From the human T2T-CHM13v2.0 reference genome, Homo sapiens: a stretch of DNA of 64,000 nucleotides. Of this stretch, positions 60,893 to 64,000 are shown piece after piece. Numbering within the stretch: position 1 is the stretch's first letter; each line of letters begins with the position of its first letter. The notes under the pieces were generated by a model. The model made no database searches and was not told where the DNA came from. It worked only from the letters and a program-made list of their open reading frames with translations. A program made the position numbers and the translations under genes. The DNA is taken from NCBI RefSeq assembly GCF_009914755.1, contig NC_060926.1; one strand, given 5' to 3'.

Positions 60893-62089
60893 TTGAAATT
60901 GGATATAAAGACCTTAATATCAACATGGAGGATTAGGCAAGCAGAAAGCAATGGTCTATGATGACACGTGTCTTTCACCGACAGGCAGACAGCGCAGGCA
61001 GACCCAGAGCCTCTGCTCCAGGGAAGGGGTGATGGGGTGGGGTGAATGCTGGTATTTCCTGAAGGGCTCCAGGGCCTCGTGCCATTTGCACGCTTACCTA
61101 TAGGGCATTTTGTTGTGTACCTTGTCTCAGGATCGGTGTTACAGCACATATGCAGCACTTGTAGGAGAAGAAGTCTAACCTAACATCTAAAACACTCAGT
61201 GCATCATGACAAGTTTCCACCTGCCCACATCTCACTTCCACAATCCGCAGGTTGCTGTAGCAATCAGCCGGCACGGGGACATGTGAAGAGCTCCTGAGAC
61301 TCCCAGGAAAATACTTGGTGAAGCAGGGGGCTGTCGGGGTGACGGTGACAGACCTGCTTTTCAGCCTGTGCTAAAAAGGAAGGGAGGCAGCATACTAGGC
61401 AATCCTTATTGAGTCCACATGGGAATCGCTAACTTGGAAATGGGGTCAAGGGTCCAGTATTCACGGTCTCTTCGGGGTCCTCAAAACTCTTAGGTGTCGG
61501 CACTGAACACACCCTCCTCTCCACTGCAAATGCGTGTTTTAATTAGGTGCACAGATGTGCTTTAAATGGAGGTGAGAGGCGCTCAAACCAAAAGCTCCGG
61601 AAACTCCCTTAATTAACACACACCAGGTGTGGTGTGGGATCTCGCCTGGCTTTCCTGCCCCATCCCCAGACGCTGGGGAGCACCTCGCTGCTGAGCGCGG
61701 GCTGTGTTCAGACCAGCACCCTCTTCACCCACAGGCCTGTGTTGAGATTGCCGACTAGGAGGTGGCCGATGCCAGCCTGGGAGCTGCCTTAGCGAGGGGG
61801 CGTGGATCCCCCTGGATGCCCCTGGAGAATTGAATATCTCTTCAAAGGACAGAAAGGCCATTAGCAACTTCTGGCCATTAAAGCCCTCGCAGCCTTCGGC
61901 CCAGATAACCAAGCAGATGACCTTGAAAAGCCCTGTGCTATTACCTTGCCTAGTACCTTTGCATTAAATTGTTGATCATTTGCATTTCCTCTGGGGGGCT
62001 CTTCTGTTTGCTACTTTTTCTTCTTTCTCTCCTTACCCTCATAAACACTCAGCAGGCTGTGAGTGAATTCAAAAGCCCAAAGTGCTCAG

Positions 62090-62340
62090 GTGCTGGGCAG
62101 GAGCTCCAGGCTGGACACCCTGCGATAGCACCCAGGTCTGTCACGTAACAGCTGTGTGGCCATGGGTGAGCGGCAACCCATGTCTCTCTGTGTCTCAGTT
62201 TCCTCGTCTGCAGATGAGGATGATCATAGTATCAACCTCATGGGGTGTGGAGAAGTTTAACGAGGTAATACATGTGCCTCTCACATAGCACATGACGATC
62301 TTCCACACTCATTGCATGTTAGTTCTGACTTTCATCATCG
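62090..62340 (+). mobile_element. MIR SINE
   Basis: agctgtgtggccatgggtgag...tctctgtgtctcagtttcctcgtctgcagatgaggatgat. Confidence 0.8.
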
Positions 62341-63004
62341 TGAGTAGCATGTGCACAAGAAAGACGATGTAGGCTTTGCAAACAAAAACAAAACCTCAGG
62401 AGATACCAAATGTTTGCTTCAGTACATGTCTGTTCACATTTTTAGTGTTGGTATTTCTCATTGGAAGAGAAAAAATACTATTATTTGAAAAAGTGGTAAA
62501 GCAAGAAAAGCATTTACTTTGATTTTTATATAATAGAAACCAAATGGTTGATGAAGGAACGTTTTCTGTAGAGAAGTCCTCTGAATAATAAATTAAGAAT
62601 GATAGAGTATCATCTGTAACCTTGGATAAATGCTGGATGTAGGCCATGGGCATCACTGGCTGCTAAAGCCATGAGGTGAGAGGGTTGAGGGGAGACTTCC
62701 TAATAGTTTGGTCAGGCTGACAACCTGGGCAACATGCGTCCCTGTGCTGCCAACTGTAAGGCTACAGAATGGGAGGCAACCAGACATTGCACGCCATCTT
62801 CTCAAGAAGATGCCACAAGATCAAAGCTGCGGTGGCTTAGGTCTCTGCATTAACCACCAGTTTGCAGGAAACTCAGAGGTCAGAGGAACATGTTAAATGG
62901 CACCAAAGAAGTGACCTCAGGAAAACACAGACTGGGGTACCCTCTGCCCAGCTTATTCAAGAAATAAGTCACAAGACATAAAGCAGGGAGGAGAAGGAAG
63001 GAAA

Positions 63005-63720
<716 letters not shown>

Positions 63721-64000
63721 ATCATTTTACATAACATAAAGAACTTGAAATGAGAAGGATGTGTCATTACATTTCCCAGGTCTCAGTTGACAAAATTAAA
63801 TGAAGAAACAAAGACAAAGAACCCAGCTCCCTGGGTATGCGGCAATAGAGCAAGATGGTGCTGGGGACGCCAGCTCCCAGCAGCCTCAGAGGTGGATGCA
63901 TCAGCTCAGTGAATGTGCTGTCACTCTGGGCAGGAACTCTGCATTAATGTGCATATGAATTTGTGGGGTACTTATTAAAATTTTTTATATCCAGGCCCTA

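Overview
Primate (human or great-ape) non-coding genomic DNA, intronic or intergenic; I cannot name the locus. I recognise no host protein-coding gene, tRNA, rRNA or snRNA. The only ORFs with real homology are broken pieces of LINE-1 ORF2 (38888-40795); the other listed ORFs are Alu, L1, simple-repeat or chance ORFs. The window holds about 15 Alus, about 9 L1 pieces, many MIR/L2 relics, six MaLR solo LTRs (all on +), four DNA transposons (MER20, MER58A, MER1B, MER44B), microsatellites and two minisatellites. Repeat subfamily calls come from recalled consensus sequences, not a search, and ends of old elements are approximate. I see no support for a new multi-gene system. The best leads are structural: (1) a ~260-bp local copy of an L1 insertion junction 3.6 kb from its donor; (2) two Alus inserted head-to-head into one palindromic target, giving a ~630-bp inverted repeat; (3) a trimeric AluS/AluY chimera inside one target-site duplication (TSD); (4) tandem arrays born inside MIR SINEs (43-mer x9, 73-mer x4, 53-mer x2, CCAT array); (5) a CpG-rich CTCF/ETS element in a divergent CTCF motif cluster; (6) an LTR/L1 orientation bias suggesting a minus-strand host transcript.
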